64,000 nucleotides of DNA from Octopus sinensis (lineage: Eukaryota). Positions 1 through 13,700 of this stretch are shown here, in pieces. Within the stretch, counting starts at the first letter, position 1. Each line of letters opens with the position of its first letter. The stretch spans positions 146,134,001-146,198,000 of the forward strand of contig NC_042999.1 in assembly GCF_006345805.1 (NCBI RefSeq), in the 5' to 3' direction. The notes under the pieces were generated by a model. That model worked only from the letters and a program-made list of their open reading frames with translations, did no database searches and was not told where the DNA came from. The position numbers and the translations under genes were made by a program.

Positions 1-490
1 AATTTAAATCATTAAATGATTAAATCGTAGGATAATTACAAAGACAATTGCAAGATAATTAAAAAAATTAATTAATTAATTAATTAATTAAAAATAGCAA
101 AACAGTTTTAAAATAAAAATAAATATAAAAAAATAAGGGTTGAAATAAAAGATGAAATTGAACTAAGAACCAGATTTGTTGCAAGGTAACTGTTACTTTA
201 TTTAGATATTCATTTTACGTCTCTTTTTTCATGCTAGTGTGGGTTAGGTAATTACAATTTACAGAAAGCATTGTTTAAACAGGCAGACGATCTTACAATT
301 TAAAACTCATAGTAAAACAGAAAGAAATGTTAATTGAAACCAAATATTTTCATGTAAATTCAACCGAAAATTCTTCCCGTATCAAATTAAATGTTAACTT
401 TATATATTTGGAGAGATATAATCCATATCAAGTAGCTACGGAAAGAAAAAGAAATGGAGTTAAGTACAAAGAGGGATAAATCGGAGAATA

Positions 491-995
491 CCATAAATCC
501 TCGAGTATAATCCACATTTTTTTCCCAAAATTTAAAGGTCAAAATCCCTAGTGCGTACTATATACAAGATCAAAAATGAAAATTATTTTCTAAGCAATGT
601 CCGAGTCTCTATTTGCTGTCTGACAATGTTTATTCAGACGCATTGTCGGGTGCGAAAATACCTTAAGCTAAGCCTGAAAGCAATGAAGTCATAAAAGAAT
701 CATCCATAACTTGCAGTAAGCAACATTTATTAAACGTTATTACTGTTATTTCTTTATTTTCTGCAAACAAAATGCACAAAAAAAGCTACACGTTTGCATT
801 ATGTTATATATACAATAATAATAAAAGACGTTACCGTATACATTTTTACAAACCAAGGACGTTATATAGACCTCCTTGACTCATGTTAGAGAAGGGGTGC
901 ATATTATACACAAGGTTTAGGTTTTTCAGAGGTACAGCCCCCTAAAAATCCCCTGCGTATTATACTCAAGGGCACACTATACTCAGGATTTACAG
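491..995. mobile_element. Tc1/mariner (pogo/Tigger-like) MITE, ~505 bp
   Basis: Imperfect TIRs CCATAAATCCTCGAGTATA / TATACTCAGGATTTACAG with TA on both sides. Confidence 0.7.
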
Positions 996-1200
996 TATAA
1001 ACTGGAAACAAAATAGTCCAAGATAATAGCAGATCTCTAAAATGGTTTCTCTCATCAGTGTGTCAAAAACTGCATTAGAGTCAAGTTAATGTAGCCCAGT
1101 ACATAACTGGTACTGAGTTTGTCAGATCAAAAGAGAATGAGCCAACAATGGAGCCTCTATGTGATTCCTCAACTTGCAAGAAATAGCAGCTAAATCTTGC

Positions 1201-1376
1201 TTAACACTTTAGCATTTAAACTGGTGGATTTGGCTTCTCACACCTACCCTATAATATCATTCTAAATGTAAACAATCATAACAGTGGAACCTTGAAGCTA
1301 TGAGACAATGCATGAATAATTCAAAACAATGAGAATAAATAAGCATTACATTCGGCAGAGTAATCTAAATGGTTAA
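1201..1376. mobile_element. Degenerate piggyBac-type MITE
   Basis: TTAA at both ends. Its end sequence (aataaataagcattacattcggcagagtaat) recurs inverted at 2500-2550. Confidence 0.45.
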
Positions 1377-1626
1377 ATAACATGCAACTCTCTAAAAAGA
1401 ATAAGCAGACTTTTAAATATTGAGATCTGAGATCTGCAATGCCTGGGGGGGGGGATAAAATGAGGATAGACAGCATAGGTAGACCACCTTAATGATGACA
1501 ACAACTCCCACTACCCCCACTCATACCTCTACAACCACACCACCATCACCACCCAAAGATCAAATTTTAAAAAAATTAAAACCTAGTACAATTTGAACAC
1601 TGAATATTGAAATAATAAAATTCATT

Positions 1627-2390
1627 ATCATCATCATCATCGTTTAATGTCCATTTTCCATGCTGGCATGGGTTGGACGGTCTGACAGAAGGCTTCACTA
1701 GTCTCCACTCTGATCTGGCAATGTTTCTACAGCTGGATGCCTTTCCTAATGCCAACCACTCTGAGAGTGTAATGGGTGCTTTTTACATGCCACCAGCACT
1801 GGCACTGGCATCATCCACGTTCGGATGGTGCTTTTTACATGCTACGGGCACAAGAGTCAGTTGGGCGGGCATCGACCATGCTCAGATGGTGCTTTTTATG
1901 TACCATGGGCACAGGGAATCAGTCAAGCAGCGCTGGCAATGACCCATGCATGAATGGTACTTATTGTGTGCCACCAGCATGAGAACTAGTCAGGCGGCTC
2001 TGGCATCGGCCACAACTACAATTCCCATTTGATTGTCATCTGATTTTTGAGTTCAAGCATGGCGTATCACCCGATGATTCAAAGGTACTTTTTAAATGGG
2101 CTGGTTATGCAACACTGGTATAGGCTACAGCTGTGATCTCACTTTACTTCCTGGGTCTTCTCAATCACAGCATATGTCCAGAGGTCTCGGTCTTTCATTA
2201 TTGCCTCTGTGAGGTCCAATGTTCAAAGGTCATGCATCACCACCTCATTCCCTGTCTTCCTGGGTCTCCTTCTTCCATAGGTTCCTTCCACTGTTAGGAA
2301 GTAACACTTCTTTGCACATCTCTCCTCATCCATACACAGCACATGGCCATACCAGCACAGTTGTCTCTCTTGCACACCACTATAAATCAT
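1627..2390 (-). mobile_element. 5'-truncated old RTE LINE (ORF C-terminus plus 3'UTR)
   Basis: (TGA)n tail and the 3'UTR core shared with the 14387-18270 copy. ORF tail resembles GRPRKTWDEVV. Confidence 0.8.
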
Positions 2391-2912
2391 TTATTGGGTT
2401 AGCTCTCTGTCTATTCTCATTTCATCACCCCCCCCCCCCCAGGCATAGTAGATCTTGAATCTTAATATTTAGAATTCTTTCAAGAGTATTGCATGTTATT
2501 TAACCTCTTATCATTCAAATTACTCTGCCAAATATAATGCTTATTTATTCCCAGATAATGATGGAGCCATTTTCCAAACCAACTGCAATATGGGTTGTAC
2601 ACAGTGACAGTCTACGTGCTTTTATAAAGTAGTGTAGTAAATGCATAATTTCAAAGTTTAAGTGGGTAAAATTATATTACAGAAGTAATTTTAGATGATG
2701 ACAAAGCCTTGTAATTAGATATATAATTAATATTTAACATAGGCAATATCTAACAATTTGGGACATCATTAAGTCAACCCTAGCTACTGATCTGGTGCTC
2801 ATTTCTATTGAACCTTGAAGGATGAAAGCCCAAATTGATCTTGGCAGAATTTGAAATCAGAACTTAATGTATCTAAATAGTCTTATGAATAATTGCAGAG
2901 GATAAATGTTAC

Positions 2913-3047
2913 CTAAGTGGTAATCCCAGATAATGATGAAACCATTTTCCAAACCAACTGCAATCCGGGTTGTACACAGTGAGGTGGTCACAATTTTGAT
3001 GGCAGCAGCAAATGGCCACACCATATCTGGATCAGGAGACTCAGAAT
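2913..3047 (-). CDS. WDR93: WDR93-like exon (135 nt, phase 1->1): SESPDPDMVWPFAAAIKIVTTSLCTTRIAVGLENGFIIIWDYHL
   Basis: Acceptor tcttttacttcag and donor GTAAC. WD-repeat end '...IIIWD'; close to WDR93 'DPEGVWPCAAPI...LACEDGVLTLWD' (from memory). The gene continues beyond both window ends. Confidence 0.85.
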
Positions 3048-3199
3048 CTGAAGTAAAAGAAAAAAATGAACTATTAATATAAGATAATGTAACACGAATC
3101 ATTTTCATTATTAAATCCATCATTAGCATCATGATAACGATGCAATAAATCAACATTCAACATCTTGGAAACCTTTAACCAATAACACTGTTACTCTTT

Positions 3200-3766
3200 A
3201 CTCTTTTACTTGTTTCAGTCATTTGACTGTGGCCATGCTGGAGCACTGCCTTTAGTCGAGCAAATCAACCCCAGGACTTATTCTTTGTAAACCTAGTACT
3301 TATTCTATTGGTCTCTTTTGCCGAACCGCTAAGTTACGGGGACATAAACACACCATTATTGGTTGTCAAGCGATGTTGCGGGGACAAACACAGACATACA
3401 AGCATATACATATATATATATCTACATATATACGATGGGCTTCTTTCAGTTTCCGTCTACCAAATCCACTCACAAGGCTTTGGTCAGCCCAAGGCTATAG
3501 TAGAAGACACTTGCCCAAGGTGCCACACAGTGGGACTGAACCCAAAATTTATCATAATTAAAACATCTTTTATCTTTTACTTGTTTCTGTCATTTCTGTC
3601 ATTCTGGGGCACTGCCTTGAAGAGATTTTAGTCAAACGGATCGACCCCTATACTTTTATTAAGCTTGGTACTTATTCTAATAGTTTCTTTTGCTGAATCG
3701 CTAAGTTACAGGGATGTAAACAAACCAGCACCAGCTGTCAGATGGTGTGAGACAGACACACACACA

Positions 3767-3804
<38 letters not shown>

Positions 3805-4210
3805 AATGATAGGTTTTTTGCAGTTTCTTATTTCTTTACTGCTCTCAAGGGTCTACACACAGAGGGGACAAACAAGAACAGACAAACGGATTAAGTCAAT
3901 TATATCGCCCCCAGTGCATAACTGGTATTTATTTAATCGACCCAGAAAGGATGAAAGGCAAAGTTAATCTCAGCGGAATTTGAACTCAGAATGTAGTGGC
4001 AGACGAAATACCACTAAGCATTTCACCCGGTGTGCTAACGTTTCTGCCAGCTTGCTGCCTTTTCAGTTTCTGTCTACCAAATCATCCACACACAAGGCTT
4101 TGGTTGGCCCGAGACTACAGCAGAAGACACTTACCCAAGGTACCAAGCAGTGGGACTGAACCTGGAACCATGTGGTTGGGAAGCAAACTTCTCACCACAC
4201 AGCCATGCCT
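3200..4210 (-). mobile_element. SINE cluster: CORE-type tRNA-SINEs with a second-family SINE (3846-4059) nested inside one of them
   Basis: Recurrent SINE heads, cores and tails matching the better-preserved copies at 8308 and 18845. Confidence 0.8.
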
Positions 4211-4876
4211 GTACCTGTGGAAACTAAAAAGAAAGTGAATAAAAAAAAACTCTAAAGGTACCAAAATATGAAACTGAATTTAGAATCCAGTCCTGTGATT
4301 TACCATTTAAGCCAACCTATTGTTTTATTATTATCTATCATCATTGATACACGAACAAGTATTACACTATATCTGTTGCCAGGACACCAACTTTGAAATG
4401 ATCCAGTCTGTCTATCTATAAACAAGTGAGGGTGGCAAGCTGGCAGAATCATTAGCACGCCAGGCAAAATGCGTTACGTTCTGAGTTCAAATTTTGCTGA
4501 GGTCGACTTTGCTTTTCATCTTTTCAGGGTCGATTAAATATGTGCCAGTTACACACTGGGGTTGATGTAATCGACTTCAACATTTTGTCTGTCCTTGTTT
4601 GTCCCCTGTGGGCAATAAAGAAATATCCATAAACAAGTGGGGTAAGAACTGAAGTACAGTGCTTGTAAATCTGACAAAGGTTTCATTTATCAGCCGTAAC
4701 AATTTTAACAATGCCTATGGGGATAGGCTAATGTGGATTGGCTTCTCGCTCAGGTTGACTAGCTCTAAACATTGTCAGCTGTTGGTGGTTGAGGTTGGTT
4801 ATGCCTACAAAAGGTAAAGTTTCTTCTAAAGAAAAGCAGGAAGAGAATAAGACATTCTGAACAAATCTTTGCTCAC

Positions 4877-4954
4877 CTTTCTTTGGTTTCACCAATGAAT
4901 ACCGATTGAGAATATGACAGTTGGTTGACCAAACAAGAAGGGAAGGTGGAGTGG
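4877..4954 (-). CDS. WDR93: WDR93-like exon (78 nt, phase 1->1): TPPSLLVWSTNCHILNRYSLVKPKK(D)
   Basis: Acceptor ttttctcattgtag and donor GTGAG. Resembles WDR93 'IHW..SHNFFLYSL'. Confidence 0.8.
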
Positions 4955-7900
4955 CTACAATGAGAAAACAGAAGCTATAATATGCCACACACACACACAC
5001 ACACATTACACAATGTTATATGCACATGTACACTGTATACATTCATATATTGCAATATTTTATTTTGTTTACTTATGTATAATAAGAGAAATTTAAAATA
5101 TAAATGAGGGTAAAACTAGGCTGTAGTATTATATTAGACTGTAAAAAATATATAAACACAACAAAAAAAACTATGGAAATGAAAATCCTGTAGACAGTAA
5201 TCCTGCAACATCTAAGTACTAATGTACACATCTCACTGCCTATTGTAATAAAATGCTGTATATCTAATGGTAATTGTTAATTGTAAGGATGTTGGTGGCA
5301 TTTGTAGTAATACACTCTATTGAATAGAGTCATAATTAAATATAAATGATTTCAGTTTAAAATGTGCAAGTTATTTAATGATGTATGAAAGTAGTGGTAA
5401 AAATAAAATATTTTGTAGACATCCCTTAAAATAAAAGTCATACTGCTTACAGCATAAAATTTAATCTTTAAATCAAGAATTTGCTGAGAAAAACAAGGAA
5501 ATTTGAAATAGTTGAGAGCAATATTAGCCTATGGAGAAGTAATGAAATGATAGAATTAGACTGATGAAAAGTTAACTAAAAACCGAATGTCAGTAGTTAT
5601 TTAGAAAATCATGATGAATTAGATTGTGATGGCTTTTAAGTGATAAACTCAATTTTATGAATATTGACCTTTATTTTGGAAAGTGTGCTGCAGAATTTGC
5701 TTAATAACTTTTTGCACAAATGTTACTGACCAAAATCAGGAACCGTGCCAGTCTGAATGGCTGCATTAGAATTTTTTTTTTTTATGTGTTTCATGCTTTA
5801 TTCTTTGCAGTAATATTTCTTTCTAATTTTGGCACAACACCAGTAATTTTGAGGGGTTGGGGAAGACATTTGGACCAATCGCAGTACAAGGCAAGTACTT
5901 ACTTTATCAACCCCTGAAAGGATGAACGGTAAAATTGACCATGGCAGCATTTGAACTCAGAATGCAAAGAGTCAAGAGAAATGTTACTAAACATTTTGTC
6001 AGCCTCAGTAACAATTATACCAGCTTGCAGCTTTTCTTATAATACTTTCTGAAGTGGCTGAGTTCCTTTTGAGTGTTGGGCCTCACAGAGGTGAGGTAGC
6101 TGAGTTCCTTTAAGCATTGGGCCTCATGGAGGAAATGACCGAAACCTTTGGTATTATGTTGTGCTTGAGAAGAAGACGCATCAAGCCGAGCAAAATCATT
6201 TGTGGCAGATACCAGTGTCATGCAAATAGCACCCGTGTTAGTGGCATGTAAAAGCACCCATTACACTTTCAGAGTGGTTGGCATTAGAAAGGGCATGCAG
6301 CCATAGAAAACCATGCCAAATCAGACTGGAGCATGGCACAGCCTTCCAGCATGCCAGCCCAGTCAAACCGTCCAACCCATGCCAGCATGGACAACAGATA
6401 TTAAATGAGGGGAAAAAACAATTCTGGAAGAACATGAATAACCATGATTGTACATGATAGGGGAAAGGGTCAACATTATATGAGAAATTAACATGTGTTA
6501 CTAAATTTTAGCTATAAATAGTGAGGGTCACATTTTAAACAAGATCATACTGTGCTGGAATAAGGACTTATTTTTTTAGTCAGGAGAAAAGACAATTTTG
6601 ACACATGACTGTTTACAGGACCTCCAAGACTGATGGGAGGAGTGGGAGAGAATAAAGTATCCTGAAACTGATGAACTGGTTAGAATGCTAACAACAGAGT
6701 GAACTCCATAAAAGGTACCCAAAGTGCCAGGTGGTAGTGTTAAGAGACAATGAACTAAGTGTACTACCCAATTAGGTTTTAGCAGAATTTGAACTCAGAG
6801 TGTAAAGAGCTGAAACAAACACCACAAGGCATCCAGCATGACATTATTATATCATCATCAGCAGCAGTAGCAACAGCACCAGCTGGAATGGGTTGGGTGG
6901 TTTGACAGAATCTGATGGGTCTGAGGACGGCGGTGTGCTTGAGTGTCTGCTTTGGCTTGGTTTCTATAGCTGGATGACTTTTCCAATGCTAACCAATTTA
7001 CACTCAATACTGGGTACATTTTTTCATGTCACTGGCACTAGTGGGGTTTCCATACAGCTCACAGGATTATGAAATTCAAAGAGTGGGGAATGGCTTTATG
7101 CTAGGAGAAGGAGGTTAAGTTTTTTGTTGCAGAGGATATACATGGCTATTCACATTTAGGGGAGAGAGTTAGAAGTGAATCAGTTGTAGCTGTGTAGAGA
7201 TAAATAATGGTGGTGAAGTGTCCAAGTGATTCCTCAAGGTATGAAGTGAGAAGAAGTGAGTGAAGACAGAGAAACTACAAGTGTGAATGAGTGGGGTTTT
7301 GCAACAGTGTATGGGGTGGGGAGAGATAGGGGAAATGGGAGAGGGGAAAGGAGGTAGGCAATAGCGGTATAGATTGGGCAGGGTTGAAAGATGAGTGCAA
7401 GGAGTGATAGACACAGGGGTTGGGGATGGTCAATGGTGTATGAGTTGGGGAAAGTAAGGGGATGCTACAAGAGAGCAGAGCACTCTACCAAGTGCATTTT
7501 TTAATTCAATTCTGAAAGGATGAAAGACCAAGTCAACCGTAGCAGGATTTGAACTCAGAATGCAGATAACCAGGGCAAATACCATAAAGCATTCTAGCTG
7601 ATGCTTTAATGACTCTGCCAATTCACTGCCTTTGATAATTTTTGACAAGAATCACACATTGCATATATTGCTTAAAAAGCAAATGTCCTATCAATTACAA
7701 CACAGGCAGACTGCAGTTTCCTTCATCCAAGTTATGTGACTTTTCATATGGCTGTGTGTGCATGTGCCTGTATATGCATGTGTTCACTTTGCTTTTTAAT
7801 TCTTTCAATTCTTCCATTGAAAAATGGTTTGTGTTGAACTAAGGGGAACAAAGCTACATTCTTAGAATTCATTCATCAAAAATTGTATAAATTAATGTTG

Positions 7901-8307
7901 AAAAGTTACCGGCCTTTAAATGCTAAGCTATTCCGGTGTTGAGTCTGTACCATAGATAGTAAACATAGATCCTTTGCTACTATGAAGAAACATCCAGTTC
8001 AGCATTTGGTATAGCTTTCAATCCTAAAACTCAGTACTACACCTTCTAGGATCATTGTCATCATCATCATCCTTTTGTGTGTGTGCGTATGTGATAAAAT
8101 ACATAACTCTCTTCAGGTTTTATCTTTTTCGTTTTACATGTTTCCATATTTTCTTTATCAGATTTCTGCAGTTGACTTTGAATGGTTGAGTTCCTAAATC
8201 CATATCCAATCTTTCTATGGAATCATGGTCACATCATGAATTAATTGAATATATTTGATGTTTGTGTTGTTGTTTCCTTTAAGACTTTCCTGCCAAAGGT
8301 TTGTTGA

Positions 8308-8537
8308 TGGCGAGCTGGCAGAAACATTAGCACGCCGGGCGAAATGCTTAGCGGTATTTCGTCTGCGTTATGTTGTGAGTTCAAATTCCGCCGAGGTCGA
8401 CTTTGCCTTTCATCCTTTCGGGGTCGATAAATTAAGTACCAGTTACGCACTGGGGTCGATGTAATCGACTTAATACCTATGTCTGTCCTTGTTTGTCCCC
8501 TCTGTGTTTAGCCCCTTGTGGGTAATAAAGAAATAGG
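8308..8537 (+). mobile_element. tRNA-derived SINE, family A, with a gtcgactttgcctttcatcctttcggggtcgataaa central domain (probably Meta/MESC-like). Other copies at ~4432, 5800, 7425, 22495, 36400, 37030, 49945, 53975, 54890, 55120 and 58405.
   Basis: A-box TGGCAGAA and B-box GAGTTCAAATTCC; more than 10 dispersed copies in the window. Confidence 0.85.
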
Positions 8538-10084
8538 TTAGCATTATGTCTCAGTGGTCATGTATTGAGTCATCTGTCATGGTGGTCAAATTTTGACTGT
8601 CAGGCTTTTTTTGTATGTAATTATGTGAGTAGGCATGTATGTGTGTATTCATACATATACGCACCACCAGATTGAATAGTGCAGCCCAGGTGTCAAAACC
8701 ATAATCATATCCGTCGGGCAACTGATGATGGAGGCATGTTGGATTGTTGGTATGGCTGTTTTTGTATAAGTGGAATAGCATTATAACACATCTTTTGATA
8801 TATATGGTTTATATAACTTGTAGAAAAAGAAAGTACTATATCAGTTAGCCTATTCATTTACAAATATGTATTCAACACAGGAGGTTAAAGATGATGATGA
8901 TGATCATCATCATCAACAATATTTAATATCCTTTCTCTATGCTGGCATGGAGTTGACCAGACTCCATTTTGTTTGTTTTGCTATGATTTCTGTGGCTGGA
9001 TGCCCTTCCTAATGCCAACCACTTTACAATGTGTACTGGGTGCTTTTAATGTGATACTGGCACAGGTGCTTTTACATGGCACCAGCACCCATGGGCCAGC
9101 AAAACTAGGACCATTCAGCTAAATGAGGGACATAGAGAACATGCCTGACTGTATGGGTCGCCATGATTTTGCTTAGTTTGACATGTCTTCTGAAGCATAG
9201 TAAACCACCAGAAGTTTCGGTCCCTGGTCAGCTCCTCTGTGAGGCCCAGAATAATTGACCTCACATGATTATAATTAATTATGCAGTACTTTTACTGCCA
9301 ACAAACAGTGACCAGCAAGTTCCACATGACACCTATGTACAACAAGATGGGCAGGGTTAGAGATAGCTGGATGTTTGATCTTTTGGACTGTTAGTATAAC
9401 ACCCAATCAATCCGAGTATGCTCATGTATGTGGTTCTATTAAGAACACAGTAGGTAGCATATGCTTCTGTTTCTGGTCAATGAACTAGAACTAAGTCGCC
9501 TATATTATCATTAAAAACAACTACATCCACAATCCATTTGTTTAATAAAATATGGCAGAGAGGAAAATTAAAGGACAAAAGCAAAATGAAGCAAAACTTA
9601 GATTTTCATCATTGATGCATCATAGTTATAAAAAGTTGTAGTTTTTATTTTATAACAGTTGATGTATCTCTCCCTTTATGTTTTAAATTGCTTCCTTTAT
9701 GCTGGTCTCCAGTTATTTCAGAGTGCACTGGCTCATGTGATAACGAAAAATTAATAAATAAATTACTAAGAGAGAAAATTTTCCAATCAGATTTTCATCA
9801 TTGATGTGTCTAGCATTCAAGCAAGCATTCAAGTACAGCATTCCAGGAAATTTCTGAAATATTTCATTTCTGAATTTGATTGATTATTTCAGGGAAGAAG
9901 CTTTTGAAAAATTTACTGTCAATATTCCCAATGCAATACTTACTCACCAGTTTTATAAGTCAGAAATTTCTAAAGTGGGGAATCTATACATTAACTTCCA
10001 CCTCACCATTTACTAAACAAACGAATAGTTAATAAACTCTATCTTTGTATTGTATTCGAAATGAAATACTCAAAATAATACAGG

Positions 10085-10260
10085 TACAGTCATGGCTGTA
10101 TGCTTAAGAAGCTTGCTTTGCAACAGCATGGTTTCTGGTTCAATCCCACTGTGTGACACTTTGGGAATTTGCCTTCTATTGGAGCCTTGGGCTGACCAAT
10201 TGACTAATGTCTTGTGAATGAATTTGGTAGATAGAAACTGAAAGAAGCCTGTTGTATATG
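10085..10260 (+). mobile_element. CORE-type tRNA-SINE (family B), 5' half
   Basis: tRNA-like head followed by a diverged ccttgggcaagtg core. Confidence 0.7.
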
Positions 10261-10739
10261 TGCATGCGCATGCACGTGCATGTGTGTGTATGAATGCATG
10301 CATGTATGTATGTGTGTATGTATGTATGCATTTGTGCATGTGTGTGTTTGTGTGTACACTAATGTGGACATCAATGTCACTGTCAAAAACATTATGTTGT
10401 TTGTTTCTAGAGAAAACATGTCTGGTTATGGTAAATATTACCTTGCATGGAAACAGGTGAGGCTTGATAGCATGAAGAGTATCTGGTTGTGGACAATCTG
10501 CTTCAACAAATTCAGTCCAATACATGCAAGCACAGAAAAGTGGATGTTAAGTTATAATGACGCCCTCTGCCATCCTCTTAAATTTTTCTCTCTCTCCTTT
10601 CTCTCTGCTAATATGCTGCCTTAAAACAATGTGTAATGAGGATCTATGCGGTAGTGGCTTCCATAAACAGAGTTTTCATAATGTGTAGGAAAACTGTGCA
10701 CATGCATCCCAACTCCCATCACACACACATGCACACAAT

Positions 10740-13700
10740 CATCATCATCAATATTTAATGTGTTGTCCATGCTGGCATGAGTTGGGTGGTTTGACCAGGG
10801 CTGGTAAGCTGGGGAGCAAATTCCAGTCTGATTTGGCATGGTTTTCTATGGCTGGATGACCTTCTTAACACCAACCACTCTGAGAGTATAATGGGTGCTT
10901 TTACGCGCCACTGGCACTGGTGCCATTTGCATGATGCCAATGTGCATTTACATGTCACTGACATGGGTGCAAATTTCTGTGACATAGGTATCTGCAACAA
11001 CTGCGATTTTGCTCAGCTTGACAAGTCTTCGCCTCATGCACAACATAATGACAAAGATCTTGGTCATTGCCTCTATGAGGCCCAACACTTGAAAGGAACT
11101 CAGCCATTTTGCCTCTCTGAGGCCTAACGCTCGAAAGGAACTCAGTCATTTTGCCTCCGTGAGGCTCAGCGTTCAAGAGATGTTTTAAGGGCTACCAGCA
11201 TAGGTGCACTTGGCTTGATGGGTCCTCTCAAGCACAGCACATCGCCAAAGGTCTTAGTCACTAGTCATTGCCCCTGTGAGGCTCTGAGTTTGAAGATCAT
11301 ACTTCACCACCTCATCCTATGTTTTCCTGGGTCTACCTCCACCACAGGTTCCCTCCACAGTTAGAGATTGGCTCTTCTTTACATACAGCTGTCCTTGTCT
11401 GTACATATCACATGACCATGCCAGTGCATTCATCTCTCTTGCACACCACATCTGATGCCTCTTACACCTAACTTTTCTCTCAAGATGCTTACAGTCTGTT
11501 GAATATGCAAGCTGACATTGCACATCCAGCAAAACATACTGGCTTCATTTCTTTCAAGCTTAAGCCTGGCCTTGGCTGTCACAGCCCATGTTTCACTGCC
11601 ATGCAGCATAGCTGTTCCCACACAGACATCAAACAATCTGCCTTTCATGCTGAGGGAGAGGCCCTTTGTTGTCAGCAGGGGTAGGAGCTCTCTGAATTTT
11701 GCCCAGCTTAGTCTTATTCTACATCTACACTCTTGGAGCATCTAATTCCACTACTAACCTGGTCACCTAGATACTGGAAGCTATCTACTACCTCTAGCTT
11801 GCCCCACTGGCAGTTGATGGAGTGTATTTTCTGTGCATTTTCAGTGTTTATTGTAACTGTGCACCTTCTACATACAAAAGTTAATTTTCCTGTTAACCTT
11901 CCTCTGATATTACTGCACCTTTTATGTGTCCAAAGCTTACACTGGGTGCATCTTATGGAGTTTCTACTTATACCTTTTGTACAGATTGAGCAGGGCCATC
12001 TACCTGGAAGGATTTGCAATTTGTTTGTCTTCCTACTAAGACTATGGATTTTACTAGGTTAACTCCAAGGCCTTTTGATTCTAGACATTGTTTCCATACC
12101 TGGAGCTTCTTCTCTAGTTTAGATAGTGATTCAGCTATGAGAGCAAGGTCATCAGCATAGAGGAGTTCCCAGAGGCAGCATGTCTTGAATTTCTCTGTTA
12201 TTGCCTGGCAGACTATGATGAACAAGAGGAGGCTGGGCACTGGTCCTTGGTGAACCCCTACTTGTACCCTGAATTCTTCACTGTACACATTGCCCACACT
12301 CACCTTACAGGTAGCATCCCTGTACAAGGCTTGTATGGCTCTCGCCAACCACTCATCTATCTCTAGTTTTCACATTGACCACCAGATTAGGGATCAGGGG
12401 ACTGTCAAAAGCTTTCTCTCCAAGTAAACAAAAGCCAAGTACAAAGGTTTATCTTTGGCTAGCTATTTCTCGTGCAGTTGCCTTACCAGAAATATAGCAT
12501 CAGTGTTATTTCTACATGGCACAAAACCAAGCTGCATCTCATCTAGACTAACTCTCTCCCTAATTAGTTGGGCTATGACTCTCTCCACAACTTTCATCAC
12601 CAGATCCAACAATTTGATACTTCTGTAATTATTTCTGTCTAAGCATCACTTTTACCTTTGTAGCAGTTGGCTACAGTGCTGCTACACAGGTCATTAGGTA
12701 TGACTCCTTCATGGACTGCCTGATTTACAGTATGGGTGACTAGACCATAACTCACACCACCAGATATCTGAAGCATCTCAGTTGCAATTCCTGATGGGCT
12801 TTTGCTGTCTTCATATCCATAATTGCTTTATCTCCCAGAGTACTGTTGATTCGGGTAGCTGGTCCCTCAAATGGGTCAACATTTGGCAGACTTTTCACCT
12901 CCCATTCACACTCCACATTCAGCAGTCTTTCATAATGGCATCTTCAAGCCTCTTTCTTTGCAGACTCATTAAAAGGAAGTGCACCATCATTCACACAGAC
13001 ACATTTCTCTCCTATGACATCACAATTTTCTCTCACACACTGTCTTTCAATCTAAAATACTTCAGTTATTTGGTCCTCACATCACTGAACACAGGCAAAC
13101 TTTTTTCTGTTTCTCCCTTGGCTAGATATACCTATCTCCTAGCTTCCCTTCTGGCTATCTGATACAGTTCCCTGCTTCGTCCACTCTTCCAGTCCTTCCA
13201 GGCCTGTTTCTTTGCTCTAATGGCCCCATGTACAGTATTGTTCCACAGTGACTTTGCACCAGCCACAGATTTGGTCTGTAGTACTCAGCAAGCTGTCTCA
13301 CAAGAATCCTCGGTTGCCCTCTATGTCCAAGTTTGTAGTAACTCCTCCCTGTCATCAAATTTCTCAATTAGGATGTCCCTACATCTCTGATCATATGAAG
13401 GGTCCTTAAGCTTTCAAATCCTTCTTTTCCTGATTGGTCTGCTTCTTGGCATGCTTCTGGCCTGGAGTCTAAAGTCACTAATGGCTAGTCTATGATGGAG
13501 GGGTACATTCTTCACCAGGGAGGGACTTTGTATTTAAGAGCAACCATGCATCCTGCTCTCTGATGAGAATGAAGTCGATCTGGCCAGCAGAGTCACCTGA
13601 CTGATAGGTTATTAGGTTGCTGGCTGGCTTCCTGAAATTGGTGTTGCAGATCAAAAGGTTATTTGCATCACAGAACTCCAGTAGCTTTGTTGCTGCTTCG

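Noticed and set aside
5560-5600. CTGATGA...GAATGTC as an HHR (also CTGAAGA at ~18565, minus strand)
   Set aside because: No pairable stem I or II, or no GAAA half-core.
9949-9970. Possible 22-nt WDR93 micro-exon (ccactttag|AAATTT...AACTG|gtgagt)
   Set aside because: It is open only in phase 0->1, which is incompatible with the phase-1 end of exon 22380, and the reading frame closes without it.
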